From assembly GCA_017610205.1 (NCBI GenBank), contig JAFCCL010000002.1, positions 64,001 to 128,000 on the forward strand: 64,000 bases of DNA, in the 5' to 3' direction. Below, one piece after another: positions 38,250-48,163 of this stretch (position 1 is the stretch's first letter; each line of letters starts with the position of its first letter). The notes beneath the pieces are model-generated. The model was not told the DNA's origin. It worked only from the letters and a program-made list of their open reading frames with translations, and searched no databases. The DNA is from Candidatus Iainarchaeum sp. Its GTDB lineage: Archaea; Iainarchaeota; Iainarchaeia; Iainarchaeales; GCA-2688035. A program made the translations under genes and the position numbers.

Positions 38250-39533
38250 CTACTCCCATTGAAGATAGGGATAGCCACCGTGCGTTGCATCAATAATCCA
38301 AATGCCTACAAAATCCCAACCAGTATAAGTTGACTGCAGCTTCATATCAGCCTGAGTTGACTCTGTCCCGCAACCGCTTGATGCCTGGCCTGAATCAGTC
38401 GGATTCCAGTAATTGTCTGCTGTGCAGGTTGCAGTATTTACTCCAACAAAACCGCCAACGTTATCTTTTCCAGAGACCTTGCCAGTGGCATAGGACTTGC
38501 TTATCGAACCATAATTTGTACCAATTAGCCCTCCTGCAACCTGGTTTCCATTGCATATAACATTTGCAGAAGAATAAGTGTTGGAAATTGTTGCTCCAGA
38601 AGTACCAACAAGACCTCCAACATAGTCACCTGCGCTGGTAACACTTCCAGTTGAATAAGAATTTCTTATGATTGCATTTTGAGAGACAGATCCGGCCAAA
38701 GAGCCTACAACCCTCAACCCGTATATATTTGCATTGGTCAAACCAACATTTGATATCTCGCCACCCTCACCAAGATCCCCAAACAATCCAATACTCCATT
38801 CTGACCCTCGGTTAATAGTCAAATTTGTTATCTGGAAATTGTTTCCATTAAAGCTTCCGGTAAACTTCGCAGCACTGCTTCCAATAGGCTTAAACCCATA
38901 ATAGGCACCAGGATTTTCTGGAATCTCATTCCAGGCAGCACTTGCAGAACAGTCAATGTCTGAAGCCAGCTCATAATTTTCTGTCAAATCGCCGTCTTTT
39001 ATTGCCTGCAAGCTGGCACAATCAGTTATCTGAATAGTGGTTGGCACAGGACTAACACCAGTGCCTGAACCAGTAATTGTAACGGCAAATGTGTTTGATA
39101 AATTATCAAAATCAATATACTCTATTTCAATTGTTCCAGAAACTTCTGAAACGCCACTGCAATCAATCCAAAGATTCTCACCAGCAGGCATATAAATTCC
39201 TGGAGATATTTTTACACCAGTGCTTATGACATTGCCATTAATCAAACAGCTTACAGATTCTGTTGAATAACTTGCAGGCAAAGTAATTTTTGTAACATAA
39301 ATCTTTCCCTCAGCAATGTTCTGCAGTATGATGTCAACATCACTACCAGAAACAGAACCGCCTTTTAGCATAATTTTTGTAGGGTCACTGGAATAAAAAT
39401 TGACTTTGGAAATAGGAGTGCTTACAACAAAAACAAGAACGGCAACAACACTTGCAATTAGAATAAACGCCCAGCCATAAGTCATTAAATAATCCAAAGC
39501 AGCCTGAGCAGAAGTTCCCCGAAGCAAAACCAT
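38250..39533 (-). CDS. class III signal peptide (pilin-like) protein with GLUG-repeat passenger
   Basis: AQAALDYLMTYGWAFILIASVV; YELASDID, FTGSFNGN, VGGLVG/GGLIG/GGFVG repeats. Confidence 0.85.
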   Translation of the reverse strand: MVLLRGTSAQAALDYLMTYGWAFILIASVVAVLVFVVSTPISKVNFYSSDPTKIMLKGGSVSGSDVDIILQNIAEGKIYVTKITLPASYSTESVSCLINGNVISTGVKISPGIYMPAGENLWIDCSGVSEVSGTIEIEYIDFDNLSNTFAVTITGSGTGVSPVPTTIQITDCASLQAIKDGDLTENYELASDIDCSASAAWNEIPENPGAYYGFKPIGSSAAKFTGSFNGNNFQITNLTINRGSEWSIGLFGDLGEGGEISNVGLTNANIYGLRVVGSLAGSVSQNAIIRNSYSTGSVTSAGDYVGGLVGTSGATISNTYSSANVICNGNQVAGGLIGTNYGSISKSYATGKVSGKDNVGGFVGVNTATCTADNYWNPTDSGQASSGCGTESTQADMKLQSTYTGWDFVGIWIIDATHGGYPYLQWE

Positions 39534-39636
39534 TATAGTAAAATGTTTTTCAAATATTTAACCCTATTCATTTAGGCAAAGAGGAAAGAATTAAAATAGA
39601 TTCCCTTAATTTTGTTATCGTAGAGGTTTTGTTGAA

Positions 39637-40293
39637 ATGGTTTTAAGGCTTGTTTTTTTGGGACCGCCTGGTGCAGGCAAGGGCACAATAGCGCAAAGGT
39701 TATGTGAAGCGCACAAACTTTTGCAAATTAGCACAGGAGAACTGTTAAGGGAAGAAACAGGAAGGGGAACAGAACTTGGAAATAAAGTAAAGGCAATAAT
39801 GGAATCCGGACAATATGTTGAAGACGAAATTGTTGCAGAACTTGTTGAAAACAAGCTGAAAGAATTAGGTGAAGAAAAGGGATTTATTTTGGACGGGTTT
39901 CCAAGAACTATTAAGCAAGCAGGAATACTTGAAGGAATTCTTAACAAGCTTGGTTTGAAACTCAATGGAGCATTTGACATTGAAGCAAGTGACGAAACCA
40001 TTATTGAAAGGTTAAGTGGAAGAAGAAGCTGCGGCAAATGCGGAAAAATTTACCACTTGAAAAACATTCCTCCAAAAGAGGAAGGAAAATGTGACAAGTG
40101 TAGTTCTGTCCTTGTGCAAAGAAATGATGATAAGCCTGAAGTTATAAAAACAAGGCTTGAAACATACAGGGAAAAGACAGCACCGCTTGTAAAATACTAT
40201 GAAGAAAAAGGCCTTTTGAAGGTTATTGATGCAAACGGGAAAGTAAATGAAAACATTCAAAATGTTGAAACAATACTTGGAGTGATTGAGTAA
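39637..40293 (+). CDS. adk: adenylate kinase (long, zinc-lid, bacterial type)
   Basis: GPPGAGKGT, STGELLR, LDGFPRT, CGKC...CDKC lid, QRNDD. Confidence 0.96.
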   Translation: MVLRLVFLGPPGAGKGTIAQRLCEAHKLLQISTGELLREETGRGTELGNKVKAIMESGQYVEDEIVAELVENKLKELGEEKGFILDGFPRTIKQAGILEGILNKLGLKLNGAFDIEASDETIIERLSGRRSCGKCGKIYHLKNIPPKEEGKCDKCSSVLVQRNDDKPEVIKTRLETYREKTAPLVKYYEEKGLLKVIDANGKVNENIQNVETILGVIE

Positions 40294-41199
40294 ATGGTTG
40301 ACATTGTTGTTTTTGGAAGCGTTGCGTTTGATTCAATAAAAACACCCTTTGGAAAAACAGACAAAACACTTGGTGGGTCAGGAACTTATGCAAGCATTGC
40401 CGCTTCTTTTTTCTCAAAGGCCGGGGTTGTAAGCGCAGTTGGTTCCGACTTTGGAACAGAAAATATGGACATTTTGAAAAAAAAAGGCGTTGATTTGACA
40501 GGACTTGCATTAATGCCTGGAAAAACATTTCACTGGAAAGCAGAATATGGCCATGATATTAATTCAGCAAAAACTCTTGACGTTCAATTCAACGTTCTTA
40601 AAAATTTTAAACCAGAACTTCCAGAAGAATACAAAAATGCCGAATTTTTGCTTCTTGGAAACAACGACCCAGAAGCACAGCTTAATGTACTAAACCAAAT
40701 GGAAAAAAGGCCAAAACTTGTAATAGCAGACACAATGAATTATTACATTGAACACAAAAAAGACAAGGTTTTGGAGGTTGTAAAAGAAGCAGACATCTGC
40801 CTTATGAACGACGGAGAAGCAAGAATGCTTTTCAATACACCAAGCCTTTTAAAAGCCGCAAAAAAAATTATTAAACTTGATTCAAATCTTGCAATAATCA
40901 AAAAAGGAGAACACGGTGCATTGTTGAACACAGAAAAAGGAAGCTTTGTTGCGCCTGCATACCCTTTGGAGGAAGTGATTGACCCAACAGGCTGCGGAGA
41001 CTGCTTTGCAGGGGCAATGATTGGATTTCTTGCAAAGCAGGGAACGGTTAATGAAGAGCTTATGAGAAAAGCCATAATTTATGGGTCGGTTGTTGCTTCC
41101 TTTAATGCAGAGGGAATGGGAACTGAAAAATTGTGCAGTATTTCAATGCAGGAAATTGAAGAAAGGTTTAACGAATTTAAAGAGATTGTAAGATTTTGA
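40294..41199 (+). CDS. PfkB family kinase (possible adenosine/nucleoside kinase)
   Basis: GSVAFD, LGGSGTY, KKGEHG, DPTGCGDCFAG. Confidence 0.92.
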   Translation: MVDIVVFGSVAFDSIKTPFGKTDKTLGGSGTYASIAASFFSKAGVVSAVGSDFGTENMDILKKKGVDLTGLALMPGKTFHWKAEYGHDINSAKTLDVQFNVLKNFKPELPEEYKNAEFLLLGNNDPEAQLNVLNQMEKRPKLVIADTMNYYIEHKKDKVLEVVKEADICLMNDGEARMLFNTPSLLKAAKKIIKLDSNLAIIKKGEHGALLNTEKGSFVAPAYPLEEVIDPTGCGDCFAGAMIGFLAKQGTVNEELMRKAIIYGSVVASFNAEGMGTEKLCSISMQEIEERFNEFKEIVRF

Positions 41200-41642
41200 A
41201 ATATTGGAAATTGGTTTTTTGGCATAAGACTTTCCCTATTAAACCATTCGTCACATTTTTTTCCATCTTCTTCAATGCCAGCCTCTTCCTTTGCAATTGC
41301 AGCAGCTATTTTTTCCCACTCCCTGCGCGACGTGAAAAGATCAGGGTTTGATTTAAGAAATGTTAAAAACTCAATTCTCTCAGCTCTAAGCCAAAGATGC
41401 TTCTCCAAAGCAAAGGAGGCAAGGTAAACAATTCTTTCTGCCACAGGCTTCTTTTTTCGTGTTTCAGACAGCAATTCAATTCGAGCCAGTTCAAAACTAT
41501 GGTTTGCGCTCTTAATATTTGCCTGCAGAGTTGTAAACTTTTGATGCATTCCTTTAGGCACTAGTCTAATTGTTTTAGGGATTTTTGGTTTTTTTGATTT
41601 TTCATGAAAGGGAACATTTCCAGAAAACTTTATTATATGCAT
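41079..41642 (-). CDS. hypothetical protein (ORFan-like), 3' end overlaps pfkB by about 120 nt
   Basis: Open frame occupies the gap between pfkB and ahcY; basic N-terminus; start and true end uncertain. Confidence 0.5.
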   Translation of the reverse strand: MHIIKFSGNVPFHEKSKKPKIPKTIRLVPKGMHQKFTTLQANIKSANHSFELARIELLSETRKKKPVAERIVYLASFALEKHLWLRAERIEFLTFLKSNPDLFTSRREWEKIAAAIAKEEAGIEEDGKKCDEWFNRESLMPKNQFPIFQNLTISLNSLNLSSISCIEILHNFSVPIPSALKEATTDP

Positions 41643-41725
41643 TAAACAAAGAAAGGGGATGTTTGCTTTAAAAAAGTTTGCAGTCAAATAATCTTAAGAA
41701 TTACGAATTTTAAATTTTAAAGGAG

Positions 41726-42988
41726 TTGATTTTTGTGGCACACGAAGTAAAGGATGAAAGTCTGGCAGAACAGGGTCAAATGAACATAGAATATGCAGAA
41801 CAAAACATGCCTGCATTAAGGGCGATAAAGGCACGTTTTGAAAAAGAAAAGCCATTGAAAGGAATTAGAGTCGGAATGGCATTGCATATAACAAAGGAAA
41901 CAGCAAACCTTGTAAGAACACTAATTGCAGGAGGAGCAGAGATTGCAATAACAGGATGCAATCCTTTAAGCACACAAGACGATGTTGCAGCAGCCCTTGC
42001 AAAAGACGGAGTAAATGTTTACGGCCACAAAGGAGAATCAAACGAAGACTATTACAGATTTTTAAACAATGTTCTTGACTTCAATCCAAACGCCACAATT
42101 GACGACGGATGTGACATCATCTCAGAAATTCACGCCAAAAGACCAGAGCTCCTAAAAGACCTGATTGTGGGAACAGAGGAAACAACAACAGGAATTATCA
42201 GACTAAAAGCAATGGAAGCAGACAAAGCATTAAAGTATCCAATAATTGCAGTAAACGACAATTTGACAAAGCACCTTTTTGACAATTTCTACGGTACTGG
42301 ACAGTCTACACTTGATGGGATAATGAGGGCAACAAATGTTTTGTACTCTGGAAAAACCGTTGTGGTTTCAGGATACGGAGACTGTGGAAGGGGTGTTGCA
42401 CTAAGATCAAAGGGACTAGGAGCAGACGTAATAGTATGCGAAGTTAACGCTGTAAGAGCACTGCAGGCAAAACAGGACGGCTATAATGTAATGCCAATTG
42501 CAGAAGCAGCACCAGAAGGTGACATATTTATTACAGTTACAGGAGACAAACACGTTATTGACATTCACCACATGGAAAAAATGAAAAACGGAGCAATTCT
42601 TGCAAACTCTGGACACTTTGATTGCGAAATAAATGTCAACGGACTTGAAAAGCTTGCAAAAAGCAAGAGAAGGATAAGGTGGCAGCTTGACGAATATGTT
42701 TTGGAAGACGGAAGGAAAATCTTTTTGTGCGCTGAAGGAAGACTTGTAAATCTTGGCTCTGCAGAAGGCCACCCCTCAGAAGTAATGGACTTATCATTCT
42801 GCGGTCAGGCACTGGCATTGGAATACGGCATAAAAAACAAGGGAAAGCTTGAGGCAGGAGTTCACCTTTTGCCAGAAGAAGTTGACCAAGGTATTGCAAA
42901 GCTAAAGCTTGAGGCAATGAAAATAACTATTGACAAGCTAACAGAGGAACAGAAGAAATACCTTGCTTCATGGCAGGAAGGGACATAA
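41726..42988 (+). CDS. ahcY: S-adenosylhomocysteine hydrolase
   Basis: CNPLSTQDD, EETTTG, KHLFDNFYGTGQS, GHFD, GRLVNL, GHPSEVMD. Confidence 0.98.
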   Translation: MIFVAHEVKDESLAEQGQMNIEYAEQNMPALRAIKARFEKEKPLKGIRVGMALHITKETANLVRTLIAGGAEIAITGCNPLSTQDDVAAALAKDGVNVYGHKGESNEDYYRFLNNVLDFNPNATIDDGCDIISEIHAKRPELLKDLIVGTEETTTGIIRLKAMEADKALKYPIIAVNDNLTKHLFDNFYGTGQSTLDGIMRATNVLYSGKTVVVSGYGDCGRGVALRSKGLGADVIVCEVNAVRALQAKQDGYNVMPIAEAAPEGDIFITVTGDKHVIDIHHMEKMKNGAILANSGHFDCEINVNGLEKLAKSKRRIRWQLDEYVLEDGRKIFLCAEGRLVNLGSAEGHPSEVMDLSFCGQALALEYGIKNKGKLEAGVHLLPEEVDQGIAKLKLEAMKITIDKLTEEQKKYLASWQEGT

Positions 42989-43036
42989 AGGCTTTTTGGG
43001 AAAAGGATTAAATACTCTTTCAGAGCTATTTTCTTT

Positions 43037-43834
43037 ATGCCTGAAATTATTCCTGAAAAACCTGAAAACTTCGAGGACAAAGCAGAAGACTTTGGATTTG
43101 AAAGCAGTAAAATTGATCCAGACAGCCTTCAGGAAGTTCCAAAAGGAAAAGAAAAAGAATACCTTGTTGACTTAATAGACCAGCCTGCCTGGAAAAGCAT
43201 CCTTATAGGGCTTGTAAAAGGCAACAAAATGGACCCCTGGAACATTGATGTAGTAGAGCTTGCAAATTTGTACTGGCAAAAAATACAGCTTCTTGAAAGA
43301 CAGGATTTAAGGGTTCCTGCAAATGCAATCCTTGCCTCGGCAATCATGCTCAAGTTAAAGGCAAGAACAATAAAAATAAGCAGTGTTGAAGAAGAGGATG
43401 GTGAAACAAAGGAAATAAGCAGAGAAGAACTTGCAATGATTGAAGAAACCATTCCTGAATTGAGGGGGCAAAGGCAGTTCAGGGAAGGAAAAATTTCACT
43501 TGACGAACTGGTTGAAAGCATTGGCGAAATTTTGGAAAAAACAAGGACAAAAAAAAGCATTTTGAGAGACAAAGAAATTCCAGAATTCAGCCTTGAATTT
43601 AACAAAGAAAAGGCCGCAGAACAGATTGACAAAGTTTTTGCAAAAATAAAAGAAAGGGTTGACAGCCAGGGACTTGTAAGCTTTACCACCCTGCTTGACG
43701 AACAAACTCCACTGGCAATGGTGTACTGCTTTGTACCACTCTTATTCTTAGTAAACAGCGGCAAAGTAAATGCATGGCAGGAAGAATGGTTTGGCGAGAT
43801 TTTTATCAGCATCTTAAAGGAAGGGAAAAAATAG
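43037..43834 (+). CDS. scpA: segregation/condensation kleisin ScpA
   Basis: MDPWNIDVVELA, ANAILASAIMLKLKA, FVPLLFL...QEEWFGEI. Confidence 0.9.
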   Translation: MPEIIPEKPENFEDKAEDFGFESSKIDPDSLQEVPKGKEKEYLVDLIDQPAWKSILIGLVKGNKMDPWNIDVVELANLYWQKIQLLERQDLRVPANAILASAIMLKLKARTIKISSVEEEDGETKEISREELAMIEETIPELRGQRQFREGKISLDELVESIGEILEKTRTKKSILRDKEIPEFSLEFNKEKAAEQIDKVFAKIKERVDSQGLVSFTTLLDEQTPLAMVYCFVPLLFLVNSGKVNAWQEEWFGEIFISILKEGKK

Positions 43835-43849
43835 TTCAATTGAAATAGC

Positions 43850-44017
43850 TCACTTGTTAATTCTTGGAAGCACAAAAAAAGCAAAGACTGCTGCAAACAC
43901 AACAACAACCCAAAAAACTATTGGAGTAATCATGTTGGCAAAAAGCAATGCAAGGCTTGAAATTAAGTAAGCTATTAGAATTAGAACAAATATTTGTACA
44001 ATTTTTTTGGAATTCAT
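43850..44017 (-). CDS. small two-TM membrane protein (55 aa)
   Basis: GAGGTG RBS; manual translation MNSKKIVQIFVLILIAYLISSLALLFANMITPIVFWVVVVFAAVFAFFVLPRINK. Confidence 0.65.
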   Translation of the reverse strand: MNSKKIVQIFVLILIAYLISSLALLFANMITPIVFWVVVVFAAVFAFFVLPRINK

Positions 44018-44047
44018 TTTCTAAAACACCTCATTTCAAACGATTTG

Positions 44048-44809
44048 CTAAATCTGTTTCTCTAAGGCCTTAACATCTGCCTTTACCTCTTCCATGCTTT
44101 TCTTTAAACCCTTTTTTGAAAAATACTTTGCCACATTTCTCAAATCTCTTTCAAAAAATTCTTCGGCTTCAGGATGGGTTGTCAAAACAGCCTGTCCAAC
44201 ATCAATCAAAACAAGCTCGCCTTGCCTGTTTAAAATGTTATATTCTGAAAAGTCAGCGTGAACCAGTTCAGCTTTGAACAAAAGCCTTGCAAGAAAACCC
44301 ACTTCAGTTTTGTAGGCTTTTTTAATATCCTTCAGCGGCTTTTCTTTAAGAGATGGTGAAGCAATCTCTTCGGTGCCAATAAATTCCATTACAAGCACGT
44401 TTTCAAAAAAAGCAATTGGCATAGGACATGAGACTCCAACCTTGTTTATTAGCAAAAGGTTTGAGAATTCTTTTTTTGCCCATGCAAAAACTATGTCACG
44501 CTTGTTTCTTTTAACTTTTCCAAAGCGCCTGTCGCCATGCAAATACTCGTACATTTTATTAAAGTCACTTGTATCAGTCTTGTAAATTTTTACAGCACGG
44601 TTGTTTCCAGCACTGTCCTTTGCCAGAAAAACATGTGCCTCTTTTCCGGTGCTAATCACATGCTCCACAATATCAAAATAGCCCCTTGAAGCAAGCTTGT
44701 GCAATGCATGAATTGTTCTCTTGTCAAAAACCTTTGCAAAGGTTTTCCTCTGCTCTTCTTCCGGAACAAATTTTCTAATGTCAAATTCGCTCTTGTTTTC
44801 TTTTGGCAT
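44048..44809 (-). CDS. rio1: RIO1 serine/threonine kinase
   Basis: ISTGKEAHV, AVKIY, WAKKEFSNL, HADFSEYNIL, IDVGQ. Confidence 0.95.
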   Translation of the reverse strand: MPKENKSEFDIRKFVPEEEQRKTFAKVFDKRTIHALHKLASRGYFDIVEHVISTGKEAHVFLAKDSAGNNRAVKIYKTDTSDFNKMYEYLHGDRRFGKVKRNKRDIVFAWAKKEFSNLLLINKVGVSCPMPIAFFENVLVMEFIGTEEIASPSLKEKPLKDIKKAYKTEVGFLARLLFKAELVHADFSEYNILNRQGELVLIDVGQAVLTTHPEAEEFFERDLRNVAKYFSKKGLKKSMEEVKADVKALEKQI

Positions 44810-44951
44810 ATAGAAAAGAGTAGGGCTAAAGGAGTTTAAATTGTTAATTGGAGGGGAAAAAAATTGAAAAAAGGCGGAAAATTATGAAAAGAAAAAAAGG
44901 TTAAAAAAATGAAAAAAATTATTAAAAGAAAAAAAGAGGAATGGGGCTTTT

Positions 44952-46919
44952 TTAGGCCCCAAAAACAAATTCTTTCAATTCTTTAAGGCTGCCAAGGTTG
45001 TTTGCCTTTAGCATTCTCTCCGAAAGGGTGTATAGCACATCACCAATGTAAAGGCTTCTTTTGACGCTGTAAACATCGTCAAAGTAATAGCCTCTTTTTA
45101 ATTCATCCTCTTCAGTCACATGCGTTATCCTGCCCCTTTCAACAAACCCATCTTCAAGGCTTACATTGAAAACAAAGACACCCTGAAAAGTGTATTCTCC
45201 TCGTTCAGGCGAACCTTTTCTTTCAATATTCGGAGAGTTTTTTATATCTTCAGGAATTTCGGCCAATAGTATTGGCAAAACAAGAAGCTCTTTTTCCTTG
45301 TTATATAGGAATGCCTTGTGGTCGTGCAATGCATAGCTCTCGGTTCCCCTGTCTCCAATAATAATCTTGTGCATTTCAACAGGGTTTTCCACATCACTTA
45401 CATCAAAAATTGCCATTTTAAGCCCTTGATACCATGCAAAGTCTCCGTAAGTTGACTCAATTGAGTCCTTGCCAATTCCTATAAGATGGTCTTTGTCTAT
45501 TGGATGCAGGTAATCGCTGTACCCAGGAATCTTTAACTTTCCAAGAACTGTTGGGTTGGTTGGGTCTGAAACATCTATGACAAACAATGGGTCAACCTTT
45601 TTGAATGTTACCATATAGGCTTTTGGACCCATGAACCTCGCGCTATAAATGCTTTCACCAGGGGCAAGATCCTCCAATTCACCAATTGTTTCCATGGCCT
45701 CATCCAGGACATAAAGGCTGTTTGAACCATTCCATCCAATGGTTGTTGCAATTCTGAAGTTTCCTTCAAATTCGTCCATTGAAAACTGATTTAGTACATG
45801 GCCTGAAACATTGCCTTGCCCAAGATAGCCTATTTCTCCAGCAACCAAACCAAACTTGGTTACTACTGTTTCTTCACTGTCACCAATGATTACTCTTTCA
45901 ATTTCTTTCACAGCAGTTCCTTCAGGAATAAAAGTTTCCCTTGGAAGCCATGCTGTTGCTGCAAGATATATGTTGTTCTTTGAAGCAAAAACACTTTGAG
46001 CGTCTCCTGCAATTGTTTCCTGTTCTGTTTCACCAGAGTCAAGGTTTATTGAGGCAAGTGTAACAAAGCTTCTGATTGGCATTGGGTCAATGTAGCCAAT
46101 CTCAGTTGCTTCTGCAACCCTTTTTTCAGTTCCGTCCTCAGCCATCATTGGAATAATGCATTCTTTGCCTTCAAAGCAGTCCCTATAGTTTGGCCAGCTG
46201 TTTACAACAAAGTATGCATAGTCTCCAATCATTCTTGAAGTTAGGTAATTTCCTTCAAAGTCAAGCTCTTTTTCAAGCTTTGGATTTTCCCTGTCTGAAA
46301 TATCATACAGCCTTACTGCAACACTAGTTCCTCCATAGTAAGGGTAATACATTTCGTCAGCTGCAATTCCAGATTCTGCAGGAACTTGTTCCCTAGCTGC
46401 ATATTGCAACTGTGAGTTGCCAAACACCAATAGCTTGTCATCCAAAACAAACATTTCCAAAGGATTTACACCTGGCAGATTTGTTTCAGAAACTATTTTG
46501 CTTCCTTCAATTGGATAAGCATCTGTTATCACAAGCGTTTCACCTGAAAAACTGTAAATGTATTTTCCATCTGTTTTTACAATGTCAGCTTCGTCAACTC
46601 CTTCAACCTGAATGTTTGTGGTTGAAAAATCTGAGCTTGTGCCATCAAAATCCCCACTTTTTTCAGCAGCCATTGGAACAGCAGTTTCAAGCACCATATT
46701 ATCCATTATGCCACCACGATAACCCCAATCAGATTCATCAAAAGCAGCCTTTAATTCTTCATAGCTTTGAAAGCGTGGCACTTCCTTAAATTGCGGCAGT
46801 ATTATACCATTGCCACCGTTGTTAGTGTCTATTGGTCCCATGTAGGGGTATGCCATTAAAGCCGCACCTACTACAACAAGCACGGCAAAACCAAGTAAAA
46901 AATTTGTATCAAGATCCAT
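44952..46919 (-). CDS. secreted beta-propeller domain protein (Beta_propel / COG4880-like)
   Basis: FSTTNIQVEGVDEADIVKTDG, LNQFSMDE, FKKVDPLFVID, LKIPGYSDYLHP. Confidence 0.92.
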   Translation of the reverse strand: MDLDTNFLLGFAVLVVVGAALMAYPYMGPIDTNNGGNGIILPQFKEVPRFQSYEELKAAFDESDWGYRGGIMDNMVLETAVPMAAEKSGDFDGTSSDFSTTNIQVEGVDEADIVKTDGKYIYSFSGETLVITDAYPIEGSKIVSETNLPGVNPLEMFVLDDKLLVFGNSQLQYAAREQVPAESGIAADEMYYPYYGGTSVAVRLYDISDRENPKLEKELDFEGNYLTSRMIGDYAYFVVNSWPNYRDCFEGKECIIPMMAEDGTEKRVAEATEIGYIDPMPIRSFVTLASINLDSGETEQETIAGDAQSVFASKNNIYLAATAWLPRETFIPEGTAVKEIERVIIGDSEETVVTKFGLVAGEIGYLGQGNVSGHVLNQFSMDEFEGNFRIATTIGWNGSNSLYVLDEAMETIGELEDLAPGESIYSARFMGPKAYMVTFKKVDPLFVIDVSDPTNPTVLGKLKIPGYSDYLHPIDKDHLIGIGKDSIESTYGDFAWYQGLKMAIFDVSDVENPVEMHKIIIGDRGTESYALHDHKAFLYNKEKELLVLPILLAEIPEDIKNSPNIERKGSPERGEYTFQGVFVFNVSLEDGFVERGRITHVTEEDELKRGYYFDDVYSVKRSLYIGDVLYTLSERMLKANNLGSLKELKEFVFGA

Positions 46920-46975
46920 TTTTATATCACCTAACACAAATAGGATTACTGATATTTAAATAGTGCTTTTTTTGC

Positions 46976-46991
46976 TTAGGCAAATGCCTAA
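46976..46991. promoter_or_regulatory. palindrome TTAGGCA-AA-TGCCTAA upstream of the beta-propeller gene
   Basis: Perfect 7-bp inverted repeat next to a TATA-like tttaaata. Confidence 0.35.
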
Positions 46992-47021
46992 TAGTGCTTT
47001 TTTCAAAAAAAAATTGCAAAA

Positions 47022-47351
47022 CTAGATTGGCAGTCCTTCCAAAGCGCCTTTTTTCCTGAACCATTCAACCTGATTTCCAAAAAAGCGCCAAACAACATCG
47101 CCTTTGCTTGGCTGAAAATCCCAAATCTTTACAATAACCAAATCGTTTTCTCTAATCCAAACACGCTTCTTTAATTTGCCTGGAATTCTGCATCCTCTTT
47201 CAATCTTGTCCTGGCACATTACTTTGAGCTGGTTTGCACCCATAAGCTGTGTTACCACTCCGAAAATCTCAAACTCGTCCTTTTTTGGAAAACGCAGTTT
47301 TACAATGGGAGCAGTTCCCTTTTTGTCTTTTCTGTTCTTGTTGCTTGGCAT
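47022..47351 (-). CDS. eif1a: translation initiation factor aIF-1A
   Basis: GVVTQLMG, CRIPGKLKKRVWIR..D.VIV..WDFQ. Confidence 0.96.
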   Translation of the reverse strand: MPSNKNRKDKKGTAPIVKLRFPKKDEFEIFGVVTQLMGANQLKVMCQDKIERGCRIPGKLKKRVWIRENDLVIVKIWDFQPSKGDVVWRFFGNQVEWFRKKGALEGLPI

Positions 47352-47397
47352 TCAATAAAATCTATTTGGACTATGTTTTAAATATAACGCTTGGATA

Positions 47398-48121
47398 TTA
47401 TGATTTTTTTCTTATTAGTTCAATTTCATTTTTTAGTAACGGAATTTTTTCTTTTTCAATGTTTACTTCTATTACAAATGGTTTTTGCAAAGAAAAGACA
47501 GGCTGTATTTTTTTCAAGGTTTCAGCATCTGATTCAACAAGCAAGTCGTGGTTTGGATTTCTAGAACGTGTTGCATTTAAGTGAATGTATTTTATTTTAT
47601 CTTTCAAATTAACGGCGAATTCTTTTGGTTCTATTCCGTTTGCGATTGCGTGGTTAACGTCAAAGCAAAATCCGAATTTGCTCCATTTATTGAGGAATGT
47701 TTCAAATTCTTTTGGATATTGTCAGCCTTTTCTTTTTTTACCGTTAGGCATATTCTCAATGCACACATTTTTCACAGCTGACAGTGCAGAAAAGGCACTT
47801 ACATGATTTGGATGGAAAGTAACAAATTCAAAATTTACCTGTTTGGATAACGCCCCTAATCTTTTTGAAACTGTTTTTTGTTTCTTCGTTTTTGCCATAA
47901 TTGGTTTCTTTTACAGGAACATGCAGCGTATTGAACTCAAGCGAATTCAAAAAATTAATAGATTTTTGGTCAAACTCAAATTTGTCAAAATCTTCTTTAA
48001 AGATAAAGCAAATTTCAACACCGTCAATTAGCCCATAAAACTCTTTCTCGATAAAATGAAGGTGCTCAAGAATGCTTTCAGCAACCCTGTAAACACTACC
48101 AGTAGATAGGCTAACAATCAT
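47398..48121 (-). pseudogene. pseudogene paralog of the TIM-barrel gene at 7755-8480
   Basis: Colinear homology (SLSTGSV, IDGVE, VTFHPNHV, CIEN, GFCFDV.HA); +1 frameshift in an A6 run (47874-47879) and TGA at 47722-47724 where the paralog has Trp. Confidence 0.88.
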
Positions 48122-48163
48122 AAGAACGCCTTGTACAAATGGTTATTTGCAATATCAGAATAA

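Noticed and set aside
43037-43834. ScpA as part of a Wadjet/Mks defence system
   Set aside because: No SMC-like ATPase or JetD gene nearby; it looks like the housekeeping kleisin
44810-44951. A-rich intergenic tract as a repeat array
   Set aside because: No consistent unit; compatible with oligo-T terminators on the minus strand
47722-47724. UGA recoded as Trp (alternative genetic code)
   Set aside because: Many intact genes end in TGA, Trp is TGG elsewhere, and the same gene also has a frameshift
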